From a virus: a DNA stretch of 64,000 nucleotides. The stretch is from positions 19,392 to 83,391 of IMG/VR virus record IMGVR_UViG_3300009182_000043. One strand, given 5' to 3'. Positions within the stretch are counted from its first letter, which is position 1, and each line of letters begins with the position of its first letter. A program made the translations under genes and the position numbers. Shown here piece by piece: positions 52,701 through 59,027 of this stretch. The notes beneath the pieces were generated by a model. That model saw only the letters and a program-made list of their open reading frames with translations. It made no database searches and was not told where the DNA came from.

Positions 52701-53798
52701 AATACAGACAAGGGAAATTTAGCAATATCTATATCATCGGCTCCTGAATTTGTAACTGGAGACCTGATTTTAATTGATGGTATTATTGGAACCACACAAT
52801 TAAACAATCGTTCATTTTATGTTAGTATATCAGATACCGTTTACATAGAAGATGGAACAAGTTTCTACTCGCTAAGTTTATATTATGATTCTGTACTGGT
52901 GACACCGGTAACTGGAAAAGTACTTACAAAATACATCTCAGGTGGTTATATTTGGAAAGCTTCTAATATTCATCAAATCAATCAACCTGATTTTACTTTG
53001 CAAAATACAGATAGACTATATGTAACATCAAACGGTAAACGCATTGATAATTCTAGATTGAGAATTAATAATGACAATACAGTTAATATTTTAGAAGAAA
53101 TTAATATTGGTGATGTTGTTATATTTACTAGTATGATTCCTACGCCCACACCAAATAAAATGATTTATGTGAACCAAGTAGATAAGAACGGAGAACAATT
53201 AATTTATCGTGCTAATTTAGGAGTATCGACTTGGTTAACTAAAAATTTGGAAATGTTGGATAATCAAATTTATGTTGAAAATGTAGCAAGAGTTATAGAT
53301 TTAGTAACACAATCTGTAGTAGCAGTCAAAGTTGATAATTCTATTGCATGTTTTGTGAATTATGCGGTTGAAACAATTAAAGAAGTTGAGATATACAACA
53401 CTTCTACCTTGACAAATATCAACCCGTCTAATATTACGTTGTCTATTAAGAATTCAAGACCAATAATTTATATTAGATCCGGAGTTAGTGTAGGAGATAA
53501 TTTAAAAGTATCACTGCGCTTGGGGGATTTGATTAATATTGACGGTGAAATAATTAGCTATAAGAAAGTCAATACTGCCAACAATACTATTTTAGGAATT
53601 ACTAGAGGAGTCAAGGGTTCAGGAGTAAGAAAACTACACTCACAATATACAGTTGTTTCTGGAATTAAACCAACAAATACACTATTCAGCTATTACTATG
53701 ACCGTACTTGGAACAGCGAGATATATTCTGCTGAGGGCGACCCGTTGCAAGTAAGCGATAGTTTCCCAGCTAACTTCTTGCAGGTCGGTACAGAATAA
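37716..53798 (+). CDS. Giant (5360 aa) baseplate/adsorption protein in the gp7 position, with FG-GAP-like and other propeller repeats and CBM-like modules
   Basis: Follows the gp6-like gene; YINEVKPYRVVI motif; FGxxI...GAP repeats; W-x-Y..G..V.Y modules; C-terminal VGxNGxILxSxDGxxW repeats. Confidence 0.65.
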   Translation: MTSQVRTLNFLPEIFRTSSNQQFLSATLDQLVTPPKLDKIEGYIGRKFEYGLTASDTYIPETNSIRQHYQLEPSVVFTKSNTSTAVDVLTYPGLIDALAAENGSVVNHSKLFQNQFYSWDSFVDMDKLVNFSQYYWLPDGPDSVEITTDLLHNELLFIVKDETIDYSFTANDKALGKNPEIKLLRGGTYTFQVDPASKMYIQTSPGISGVDPARNNVSSREIYGVDGNGNGIITFTVPHVNDQDSFIYANSIFVDLISTIPFDSIHGKALSTFKNLDNVNILNDKIIMFYGFAPNQTARIVNFYDDGTLDNLTFDSSTPTVVNNYFYKISLVADETGDPLISLSEYKQIPTNQKITITNGKQFIGKSFVRNEFGEIILLPPITANLDTLYYQDSKNSLKTGTIKLIDNQDSHAINIETGILGKRNYTSPLGVKFTNGLKVYFTGLVYPQNYKNKNYYVEGVGSSIYLVPESELLVPEKFTENVYKYYDTENFDTSGFSERLNVPVNKDYITINRKAQNRNAWSRSNRWFHIDVLKNTIKYTNGSIAQNALNNQLNRANRPIIEFYPNLKLFNTGTVHKSFVDFIDTVTTNVDSQILGQTSYMIDTSIPLFDGARIVFTKDNNIEVKNKIFIVKFQKLSVNATPVITLTNTPEDVVLPDEQVVSLKNNINKVYYFNGSNWNSSQAKTLINQPPLFDVFDINGISFSNQSYYNGSNFAGSKLFSYAIGTGGNDSVLGFPIKYSSVSNVGDISFNVNFNSDSFNFIKNTISTTYKITDGYVHNYTSRTKYNRKIGWETAKGESFQYQAFDINYLIGPSNPSLIFNILPVDDTATPWPITKLFIDSVEQTADQYTVTKSTAKNQTTISLLNPPKSNTLLQILIYSNDPLDPNAYYTIPSNLANNPFNVDIEELSLGDLKGQYQSIFTNSRKITGDVFGSNNFRDSGDLIPYGTKIIRNSASLVNTAVFLRNREYNLIDALTFNEYQYIKFKQLLLNTVDQSDYTPYMSGATMLDDALQQIASYKQESESFFWSDMLPARAPYISKNYVFNTFIDTSFFPLSRIYDFDNANYYSVLVYLNYVENGITTSEQLVRGRDYIVSKTEPKLQITKDLLPGQSITVNEYNNTYGSYVPNTPSKLGLYPAVEPGIVLDNTYLIPTYFIRGHDGSLTKLYGDYQYSVLKDFKDKVLLEFETRIYNNIKVSASIPIKEEDIIPGYFRNTGNSLEEIQKIYTGNFLDWVGKNNIDYANQFYSPSEKFTWNYAGGVDKFGKRVIQGFWRGIYLWYFDTTTPHSTPWEMLGLVNKPTWWDGKYGAAPYTSENKVLWTDIEAGKINGTVNPARARPRLSKILPVDSYGNLKNPFTSVVNEYTDAVFDKDWQVGDMGPAEYSYRKSSNYPFDLIKILALMKPAKFFALAQDLDLYAFSSEFNQYMLDGFQHDNKIPLLYGSGTAQHSYMNWIVDYVQNTGHVGYDKVSSLLNNLDVRLTYRVAGFTDKEYLNFYLEKSSTNSNNASLLLPNESYNVLLYQNQVTNIIRFSSIIIQKTAAGYKVSGNSQTRAYFITYVSKNTGNTSYEEITVNGITVNIPILYEKTITYVPYGIEFTSPQELSEFIVNYGRYLTDQGLIFENQENGFILNWNQIVAEVLYWVSAGWENGSLINVNPSANRLVIDKENLIVQPLTLHNQNYALNQNLFAINISDLGITRDGTRFEIKPLNDGDTIAYFTAQMSSLEHIVVFDNKSLFNDTIFNSQTGLRQNRLFLRGLKSAEWNGTMNAQGFILNQDNIEAWTSNIKYTKGSIVTYQNKYWMANKVIPPSLTFNVNDWIETNYAHIQKGLLPNASTRAAESVLYYDINNANLKNDGDVLGFSLIGYRPRDYLAASDLSDISQVNLFKTMISEKGTKNIIDAVQNIKLDIGPITYDVYENWAIKTSEYGGVANKNFIEIVLDKKLLTGNPNIIGIVKDVPETYLMQTIPLSMPNGNFSNFGVPITSTNILPIKTGDNLELLPTAGYVNFNDIKIHSFLYETLNNNAVSIKDLYQGDYIWLADELSTWTVLTPVPMGTINNVLRVVNVINNLNGTCSIVFDNFHNLPIYATFMIINYDASVNGFYRVNKVIDSNTVQVDLSLPASTSAITATGICAKFQKQRIASTKYISDLKLINDGVGNQKIWVDGDSNSNWTVIQKTINYKFIDTVKLGSTQRFGESIAYDDDAGVFVGDPSLGTVYRYAPLNQLNTVSSYELKETINLGSNYGTAIAKSNDILVVTAPSDASSKIYIYALHKSNHTAIKLNQTITISGKKVGETVALSGDKNWLFFSSINESTVYVYRLDEKLTRTLTGYSTAYTIKAGDTKFTVSGDQSDSLGHGDKVCFSSTGIFYTIEVATYNSALNLTTFFLNGSFKTDIDLATPIYKATYIYSSISSLSIANVIPAWSSLKTYSPNDIVYYNGFTYIGISQSNSNKNPSTQTSDWKLSNTDFGRTISSNYDGTKIFIGAPTFDFTTNLYNMGKVYVYNRIVQQAQIDTNTLTWTDRTAPLAWTPVNPIRIYRNGVYLEPNTDYTASTNTVTFKYTLNIAAGDIITVSSGDFVYTQELIPYDYSTSIRSGILFGNGLDTNKFGTEVLVGSPIDISSDNIEGAVYRYTHEGKSYGTLTGTRPVTLSSPATILINGIAINLPGTGINDIINTIQNVYSGRLYNIGAEKLPNNCLKLYLKFSVTSRLNEKLEITVFDKSVIDSLGFSEYTKTQVIREVHGVTDPCHFGYTIKFNEYNSFAVSATKSSKFLPTTFDFVDDGNANNDTYFDNNFTRWVDFYAGVGAVYIYDYIPENNENLNNLGKYVFSQSCNDLTTNKGKNTNYGKRLVFTNYNLVIGIPDYFESSFPSLGRITVYRNLSKTPNWSPYRKPVDYVDIDKITGVQLYNNVTNERLVSLDYIDPQQGKLLGVVTTNLDYIGNIDPAGYNVSNRNNKQVWASDYIGKLWFNTSTAKFNSYHQDDILYNSSHWGTVFPESTVTVYSWIESNITPVNYVGNGRPYNIELYSTTVEVDNTGSLVLKYYFWVRNTNIVFTNKGKTLADTNLELYIANPITSGIPFFAAYKPNVFGLYNAGEFINDVTTSLYIGFSTSNNDTPAYNEFKLIRAGYEDDFISGLPSIYAQNTKPEALYEKLLDSFAGLDSQGNVIPDINLPKLMQTGVAYRPRQSLFKNRLKALKNYFGYANNVLKQHPIAEFRTPSLLGSSNTSSSTVRVPTLFTILGSDFDTTKYWEYVYWWAEGYSVNTKIDVEVPKYYGLATLTPYTGMIAGVTSNGEGKREVYAHDGTTWNRVGLEQGTIQLLDSLWDYEKNKIGFDNNFFDLNAFDAYPSMETRYIVRALNEEVYTETLRVHRNKSLILMFEYIVGENTTSQNNLTWLNKTSLVDVHHTLRELAQDKNYKRDNQTFLDGYINEVKPYRVVIKEFLLKYNALDSYTGQITDFDLPGRYDNKTIKFITPNLVFDAVRDNGQFLPNDSIWTDSTYSDWYNNYGLSLTGKKNYPITTLAAYVDLVSDEIHLTDAYGFPVIGRIKIDNEFIDYSIVDRKNGKLMNLTRGVNGSKIATHNPPTTVYIDLPGVVLLDTGRNYIDPPTISAIVDTSIYPAPTRPALLEPVMSNGKLIDIIVLDPGAGYTNKPEILIQPSITVFFDSNNINYQEHTIQISKIPLVTGDVVKYTMGPNTNGISGLENKKYYYVRVINSDLLFRKNSVIALYKTKQDALVDNHRVVLVSNYSTIKNKLEVTARAVPIISNTPTREITTTIKFDRTSYRTKVEPWISGEFYGSIVTATGAESSLGTLLDYAIPYPGLIANSDTKGAVFTVFNILLNYTYDVQITSTGTLYSVGNTLTIKGNNLGGTTPLNDCVLTVTQVSGIGEIQKVTITGTPATVTRISKQEAVLPITNITLTNTTTAIASSGSLVGNTFIAGGTLTNTFVKGMTLSGGTIPANTVYITDVVVNTLNVTCSGAKTVQYIDGILPQVGMVVTGDTVPENTRVTKVLGKTITLSANVPANKKLKIVAKFYKVNTTSASPKTSIAITGTIGNAVVSLNYGKTNLSPGQIKGLELYFYKLKTPYTYVDSRSGGATIKIYSPNFSVQQLENKYFIEIVDSGTRYSSGDVLTIKGSLLGGLDTVNNLQIKVIYTILGGISLYELVGISSKSFNKFYVKPLTSTNIALYYDAPLQNPVLSYDFILFTTNDYAFIPEPIYITSGHTRNIYSLVTFNNVLYRCVASNNDTTFDFNKWEIVKSDDPVLNALDRTMGYYAPTENMLGKNLPMLISGIDYPNNTYFGQSFDDNTNVLDTVLKDQIFYPRNISLRGVTFGSNGVFVACGETNDYSIILISYDNGENWSLNKISKTKLEVQDIVHHDGRYVVVTQTPTSPIVISNNLVSWISAGDFTPYDSSNFDITPFDSTSIFAPKDKLNSVSYHNNLYFSAGNEVITSLDSYSWKSTFNLKSKLPQEFKRISYVSSLGFDGYLAVGYGTITAVENTMTTLQSTSRVFRSLDGYTWEEVLPRVTTSSLNVLISSGSIIIVAGDDCNVFTSSNTYHWVQATISDSNTDNLLNGTFANNTFVIVGENGRILISYDGVNWDGMISNTNQRLTSVSYNGTHWIVVGDNATILRSVDTFVWENVSLIKSDQDFYEIKGDSFMSGYGPEELIPGAITDTLTMTVITRPGSTWSAADFGYTGFTVKSFTHKLTEENIYFSTITENPAQLSVFLMDKSNSSGIKVYPNITTTLTNQYTYTIDWVQQTIALSAYDVDMLNDDTKYLHIEVYEFGNGNQEIRSNSQNMPMRIDPISKHTEIWLGYAYDEGTYNNPVVYHNGEKLVYLTDYVVSTTTTKEAKLLFSTAYHPSNDYLSFVVMGPAISEVEGNVAHSIPETQVFVYPDDFASPFTVTLLNYVESTSNGYSIIVDFNGLRLSPSSDYILTLDPTSLIGTVTLTGIQPTTGDILSVTSFNDTRHQYLLTEVVNTLKVNPIFYVNTDKGNLAISISSAPEFVTGDLILIDGIIGTTQLNNRSFYVSISDTVYIEDGTSFYSLSLYYDSVLVTPVTGKVLTKYISGGYIWKASNIHQINQPDFTLQNTDRLYVTSNGKRIDNSRLRINNDNTVNILEEINIGDVVIFTSMIPTPTPNKMIYVNQVDKNGEQLIYRANLGVSTWLTKNLEMLDNQIYVENVARVIDLVTQSVVAVKVDNSIACFVNYAVETIKEVEIYNTSTLTNINPSNITLSIKNSRPIIYIRSGVSVGDNLKVSLRLGDLINIDGEIISYKKVNTANNTILGITRGVKGSGVRKLHSQYTVVSGIKPTNTLFSYYYDRTWNSEIYSAEGDPLQVSDSFPANFLQVGTE

Positions 53799-53815
53799 AT
53801 GATAAATAAACTATT

Positions 53816-53953
53816 ATGAACGAAAAACCAGAAAAAACGGAAGAAAAAGAAGTAAAACCCAATGAGCAAAGCGGGTTTTTGTTCAGTTCCTTTCTCAAAA
53901 TTACTGATCCCAATACTAAGGAAATACTAGTCCAAGTCAGAGGCGATAACTAA
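53816..53953 (+). CDS. Unannotated 45-aa protein MNEKPEKTEEKEVKPNEQSGFLFSSFLKITDPNTKEILVQVRGDN
   Basis: GATAAATA at 53801-53808 upstream; TAA overlaps the ATG at 53953; shares a motif with the next gene. Confidence 0.7.
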   Translation: MNEKPEKTEEKEVKPNEQSGFLFSSFLKITDPNTKEILVQVRGDN

Positions 53954-54570
53954 TGTCAATTCAAAACATGTTAAAAATTGAAGGATTTGTCAAATTGACA
54001 GACCCTAACACGGGTGAAGTCTTGCTAGACAAGAAAAATGCTATCCATTATGAGAACATCTCCCAAGCTATTGCAGATTCACTTAGCAATCGTGGATACG
54101 GTGGAATCTATAAAATGGCTTTTGGGAACGGTGGTTCAAGCGTTGATGACACTGGAATTATCACATATCTGCCCCCAAATACAGTGGGTGTGAATGCTAG
54201 TTTGTACAATCAAACCTACACTAAAATCGTAGATGATACTAGTATTTTAAACACTGACCCCTCACGAAACAAAATGGTTATTAGTCATGTCACTGGTAAA
54301 GTTTACACTGATATTGTTGTCCAATGTCTATTAGACTTTGGTGAACCAAGTGGACAAACAGCCTTTGACAATGGCACTCAAATTGAATCATTATATACAT
54401 TTGACGAAATGGGTATTCTAGCTGGATACGGTATGGATTCGTCGGGTAATGAGCAAACAAGACTACTAACTCACGTGATTTTTCACCCAGTTCAAAAAAG
54501 TTTGAACAGACAGATACAATTGGACTACACGATCAGGATTCAAAGCTTGACAAACGTAGTGACAATTTAA
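53953..54570 (+). CDS. Baseplate / tail-fibre attachment structural protein
   Basis: MAFGNGG, FDEMGI and LLTHVIFHPVQKS; lies between the giant baseplate protein and the fibre genes. Confidence 0.55.
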   Translation: MSIQNMLKIEGFVKLTDPNTGEVLLDKKNAIHYENISQAIADSLSNRGYGGIYKMAFGNGGSSVDDTGIITYLPPNTVGVNASLYNQTYTKIVDDTSILNTDPSRNKMVISHVTGKVYTDIVVQCLLDFGEPSGQTAFDNGTQIESLYTFDEMGILAGYGMDSSGNEQTRLLTHVIFHPVQKSLNRQIQLDYTIRIQSLTNVVTI

Positions 54571-54578
54571 GATAAATA
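54571..54578 (+). promoter_or_regulatory. Late box GATAAATA
   Basis: Immediately after the stop at 54570; GGAG RBS and ATG at 54605 follow. Confidence 0.6.
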
Positions 54579-54604
54579 TTTAAAGACTCTGGAGCAACAA
54601 GCAA

Positions 54605-55816
54605 ATGGCATATACAATTATTAGAAGTAACGGTAGTACGTTAACTACTATTCAAGACGGTACAATCAATACTACTAGTACCAGTCTAGGATTACCCGGT
54701 CGCAGTTATTCGGGTTACGGGCAAACCTTCAACACAAACTTTGTTCGTCTTGCTGAAAGTTGGGCTAGTGGCAGTCCACCTGCTAATCCTTTAAAGGGTC
54801 AGTTATGGTTTAATACATCCACTAATACATTAAATGTATGTCCAGCAGACGGTACAACTACAGCAAGTTCTTGGTTAACATTAGCAAGTACAAGTACAAC
54901 AGGTACCGCTACTCTTGCTAACGTAGTAGTTACTGGTAATCTAAATGCTAATAATGTGAATGTTGGTAACATCATTCAAAGTGATATAATTAATGTTCGT
55001 TTAGCAAACGTGTCAGGAACAGTAACCGCTACTGTCGGTAATATAACGTCTGCTAATATTTCAGCTTTAAATACTCGCACAATCACTTCAGGTTCAGCTA
55101 CTACTTCAGGAACACACACCGGTGATTGGCTATATTACGGTAATGCTTCAGGAAATGCTATAACTGTTGTTAATGGTAATCTTGCATTCTCACCCTCAAG
55201 TGTAAACGGTATTAAATGCGACAAGTATATGTACGCAAACGGGGTACAATTCAATCCATCAGGTACATATACAAACGCAAACGTTGCTGACTATTTGACT
55301 GGTGCAAATAGTATTTCACAATTTACAGGTAACATTAGACCTACAATGGTCACTACAACAAAACTTGCAGGTGGAGGCACAGTTGCTGGTGTATGGACAT
55401 TAGAAGCTGGCGCAAAATTTCAAGCAACCTTCGCTGATATGGCTGAACGTTATGAAGCTGACCAAGTATATGATGTTGGTACAGTTGTTGAATTGGGCGG
55501 AGAAAAAGAAATTACCGCTGTTAAAGATGATTTAAGTTCAAACGTATTTGGTGTTGTATCTAATAGTTACGCATATTTATTAAATGAAGGCGCCGGAACC
55601 GATGAAACACACCCTGCAATTGCACTAGTTGGTCGTGTCCCAGTTAAAGTAATAGGACAAATTCATAAAGGTGATCGTTTGGTTAGTGCAGGTAACGGGC
55701 ACGCACGTTCAGCTAAACTTGAGGAAGTAACCGCGTTTAATACTATCGGTAGAAGTTTAACTAATAAAACATCAGATGAAGCCGGTGTAGTAGAAGCTAT
55801 TGTAATTATAAGATAA
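54605..55816 (+). CDS. Tail fibre with a C-terminal intramolecular chaperone / autocleavage domain (peptidase G2/S74-like)
   Basis: PANPLKGQLWFNT; ADMAERYEAD...GVVS...ALVGRVPVKVIG..KGDRLV. Confidence 0.75.
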   Translation: MAYTIIRSNGSTLTTIQDGTINTTSTSLGLPGRSYSGYGQTFNTNFVRLAESWASGSPPANPLKGQLWFNTSTNTLNVCPADGTTTASSWLTLASTSTTGTATLANVVVTGNLNANNVNVGNIIQSDIINVRLANVSGTVTATVGNITSANISALNTRTITSGSATTSGTHTGDWLYYGNASGNAITVVNGNLAFSPSSVNGIKCDKYMYANGVQFNPSGTYTNANVADYLTGANSISQFTGNIRPTMVTTTKLAGGGTVAGVWTLEAGAKFQATFADMAERYEADQVYDVGTVVELGGEKEITAVKDDLSSNVFGVVSNSYAYLLNEGAGTDETHPAIALVGRVPVKVIGQIHKGDRLVSAGNGHARSAKLEEVTAFNTIGRSLTNKTSDEAGVVEAIVIIR

Positions 55817-55829
55817 AGGAATACAGGTA

Positions 55830-56831
55830 ATGGCCTATCAATCATCCGGGTTAATTCAATCTATTGATTTTAACAATTATGTAGGATCTCCTACAGGCAC
55901 GACTCCTGGTACAATAAACAATATTTGGGGTACAGGTTACGGCAAATATGGATATGGTCAACCTGCGATTAGTCAAGTTGGTACTAATGACATTGTTACA
56001 TCAGCACAATGGACTAATCTTATTAATGCAATTACAAAAACTAGCAATCATCAAGGAACTTCAGTAACTACAATTCCTTTGACTGATTATGAAGTGGGAG
56101 ATATTATTTCAACTAGCCTTCAAGGTGGAACAAATAGTATATTTGCACTTGACATTGCCGCATTAAACAGTAAAATGAATACCGCGGTAGCACAAGGAAC
56201 TAATGTTACCACAACCGCAGTTAACACTACTCCCTGGAGTAATCAATTAATATTTCTTTTCACTATTAGTTTTTCAGGTCCAGATCAGGCCAGATACTTC
56301 TTTAATGCAGGCGGTCAGATAGCTATTAACTTGTCTCACCCAACAGGTTCAGGAATTAATCCAGTATGGAACAATTTGTGTGCTCAAACAGGTACGTTAA
56401 TTATTAGCTCTCCTAATACAGGCACTGTATCTATTGCTGGTACTAATTATACTGGTTTTACTAAACTAGGTGGGGGTGGTGGTCCTTTAATCAATACTTC
56501 TAATTCTGGTTATTATGGGTTAAATTCTACTTGGCAAAATATATTCAAACAATTAGGTACTTCAGGACTATCACAGTATCTACAAAGCTATGTGTCAGTT
56601 AGTGCTAAAACAAATGGTACTAGAGGTGGAAACGGTGATGCAGGAAGCGTAATTAATATAGCAGTAAAACTTGACCAAGTTCCTGATGGCGGAAGTACAT
56701 TATTAACTTCTGCTGGCACATCAGCTGGAATTACAATGCGTTATCCTAGCACCTCATATTTAACTAGTACTTGGGGAACACCGATAGTTACGTATCAAGC
56801 TGGTCCACTTATAGCTTACGGTTACGTATAA
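55830..56831 (+). CDS. Virion structural / short fibre protein
   Basis: G/T/S/N-rich; GYGQ and ARYFFNAGG motifs. Confidence 0.55.
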   Translation: MAYQSSGLIQSIDFNNYVGSPTGTTPGTINNIWGTGYGKYGYGQPAISQVGTNDIVTSAQWTNLINAITKTSNHQGTSVTTIPLTDYEVGDIISTSLQGGTNSIFALDIAALNSKMNTAVAQGTNVTTTAVNTTPWSNQLIFLFTISFSGPDQARYFFNAGGQIAINLSHPTGSGINPVWNNLCAQTGTLIISSPNTGTVSIAGTNYTGFTKLGGGGGPLINTSNSGYYGLNSTWQNIFKQLGTSGLSQYLQSYVSVSAKTNGTRGGNGDAGSVINIAVKLDQVPDGGSTLLTSAGTSAGITMRYPSTSYLTSTWGTPIVTYQAGPLIAYGYV

Positions 56832-56855
56832 AATAAAAACCCAAGCATATGTCAT

Positions 56856-56878
56856 TATAAATACTCGGACGGAGTATT
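56856..56878 (+). promoter_or_regulatory. Exact T4 late promoter TATAAATA with an RBS-sequestering hairpin
   Basis: TATAAATA at 56856-56863; AATACTC-ggacg-GAGTATT at 56860-56878 covers GGAG. Confidence 0.65.
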
Positions 56879-56881
56879 ACT

Positions 56882-57187
56882 ATGGATATTGGAAATTTAA
56901 TCGCATCAGCTAGAACCAGATTTAACCACAATTCTGCTAAAAAATACCTAAAAGAAAAATACGACAGTAAATTAATTATTGCCGAACAAGGTGGATTATG
57001 GAAAATAACACCTGAATTAATTGCAGTTCTAGCAATATATCCATCCAAAACCTTAATTTTAGAAGATATGTACGGTAACCCAATAACCGTAAACAAAAAC
57101 GCCTTTTTAAGTAAAGCCAGCTCATTGTATGATTCAACAATGGCTGCATATCAATCTGAATGGGAAGAACTAGAGAATAAAAGATGA
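56882..57187 (+). CDS. Hypothetical protein (101 aa), first gene of the enzyme operon
   Basis: GGAG RBS; ATGA overlap with the next gene. Confidence 0.7.
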   Translation: MDIGNLIASARTRFNHNSAKKYLKEKYDSKLIIAEQGGLWKITPELIAVLAIYPSKTLILEDMYGNPITVNKNAFLSKASSLYDSTMAAYQSEWEELENKR

Positions 57188-57990
57188 GCAGAGGTGCTTT
57201 ACTGTTTGCATTCAACACTGATACTGTTGATTATTTCAGTATGGCTGTATACACAGCAAAGCGCATTAATCATTTTTTAAATTTACCAGTTACAGTGATA
57301 ACAGACAGTATTGAAAATAATTTAAATCAAGAATATCGATTTGATAATATAATCTATACTAACAGCGATAAGTCAAACTTTAAAGAACAAAAACTTTGGA
57401 TTAACAAGGGTAGATACGAAGCATTTGAATATAGTCCTTATGATGAAACATTGCTATTAGATAGTGATTACATTGTTAACTCAGATAAATTATTGTCATT
57501 GTTTGATATGTATGATGACTTTTACTGTCATAACACTACTGATTTTTTATTTTACTCAGATAAAAAACAAGAAACTATTGGAAAATATGGTTTTGATACA
57601 CTTTGGGCAACTGTACTTCTTTTTAAAAAAACCAAAAGAGTAAATCAAATTTTTGAATGCATGAAAATGATTCAAAATAATTATGACCACTATATAAAAT
57701 TATATGGTATGTACAATACAATGTATCGTAATGATTATGCATTGGGCATAGCACATCATATAGTGAATGGTCATATGAATAACAAGTCTGATTATATTCC
57801 TTGGGATTTACAACATGTTGGAAAAACTGTATTAGTGACACCCAATTCGAATGAAATGTTCAACACCTCATATACTATAAAAATTAATGTGGATGAGCCA
57901 GATAACCAAAGAAACGAACGTATCATAGTTAAAGATTTTGATTTTCATATGCTTGATAAAAATAACTTTGCGGAGTTAATCAATGGATAA
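57184..57990 (+). CDS. GT-A-fold glycosyltransferase-like protein
   Basis: SPYDETLLLDSDYIV (DxD after a hydrophobic strand); RNDYAL. Confidence 0.65.
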   Translation: MSRGALLFAFNTDTVDYFSMAVYTAKRINHFLNLPVTVITDSIENNLNQEYRFDNIIYTNSDKSNFKEQKLWINKGRYEAFEYSPYDETLLLDSDYIVNSDKLLSLFDMYDDFYCHNTTDFLFYSDKKQETIGKYGFDTLWATVLLFKKTKRVNQIFECMKMIQNNYDHYIKLYGMYNTMYRNDYALGIAHHIVNGHMNNKSDYIPWDLQHVGKTVLVTPNSNEMFNTSYTIKINVDEPDNQRNERIIVKDFDFHMLDKNNFAELING

Positions 57991-58747
57991 GGGTTTTGTA
58001 ATTATGGCACAAAATACAAAAAAAGTAAATTATCTAAAATGTGCCAACGTTCTTTCAGACAGTATTAAACGTGTAATGCCAGACGCAAATGTCACTATAC
58101 TCACCTCTGATAAATTACCTTATGGTGACCTAGCACCAAAGAGTACTTGGAAGTTAATTAACGATTGGCAAGTATACGAAGCTAGTCCATATGAACATAC
58201 TATCAAATTAGAAGCAGATATGATTATACCAACCAGTATTGATTATTGGTGGGAAATACTTTCAATAAAAGATGTTGTAGTATGTAATACTATTAGAAAC
58301 TTCAAAGGTGAAATATCAGATTCTAAGTTTTATCGCAGATTCATATATGATAATGAACTTCCCGATGTTTATAATGCTATCACTTATTTCAAAAAGAGTG
58401 AGTTTGCAAAAGACTTTTACGACACAGTTAGAAGTATTTTTGAAAACTGGGAAGATTTTAAAAAAATATTAAAATGTAATGTAAACGAACCTGCAACTAC
58501 TGATTGGGTGTACTCATTAGCTTGTCATATACATGGAGTAGAAAATACTACTATACCTGCGTTTACTGATATGAGCATGGTGCATATGAAACAATACATT
58601 AATGACTTGTCAACTGAAGATTGGACAAATGAATTAGTCTATGAGATACTACCAGAATGTTTTCGTGTCAATACTTTTGTGCAAAATTATCCATTTCACT
58701 ATCATGTGAAGAAGTTTTCAAGTATAATAGAGAAATCATATGGTTGA
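57983..58747 (+). CDS. GT-A-fold glycosyltransferase-like paralogue
   Basis: SPYEHTIKLEADMII; C-terminal FHYHVK. Confidence 0.6.
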   Translation: MDKGFVIMAQNTKKVNYLKCANVLSDSIKRVMPDANVTILTSDKLPYGDLAPKSTWKLINDWQVYEASPYEHTIKLEADMIIPTSIDYWWEILSIKDVVVCNTIRNFKGEISDSKFYRRFIYDNELPDVYNAITYFKKSEFAKDFYDTVRSIFENWEDFKKILKCNVNEPATTDWVYSLACHIHGVENTTIPAFTDMSMVHMKQYINDLSTEDWTNELVYEILPECFRVNTFVQNYPFHYHVKKFSSIIEKSYG

Positions 58748-59027
58748 ATTTAGATTATACCATGCCAACGGTAAATTCCTTTACTATTCTTGTGAAAATT
58801 TAGAAGGTGAATATATTGTAATTGATAAAGACACCTATGCAATAGGTGACCCTAATGTTAAAATAGTAGATGGTAAAATTGAACCCATAACATACGAGAT
58901 ACAGTTGTACAAGCTAACTAAAACAAAAAAAGGTACTATGTGTCCAATAGAAGATATAGCAATCGTAGTAGATAAATCCTACAAAGGTAGAACAAACAAA
59001 TATTCGTATGAACAAATTAAAAATTGA
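58740..59027 (+). CDS. Hypothetical protein (95 aa)
   Basis: Overlaps both neighbours within the operon. Confidence 0.6.
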   Translation: MVEFRLYHANGKFLYYSCENLEGEYIVIDKDTYAIGDPNVKIVDGKIEPITYEIQLYKLTKTKKGTMCPIEDIAIVVDKSYKGRTNKYSYEQIKN

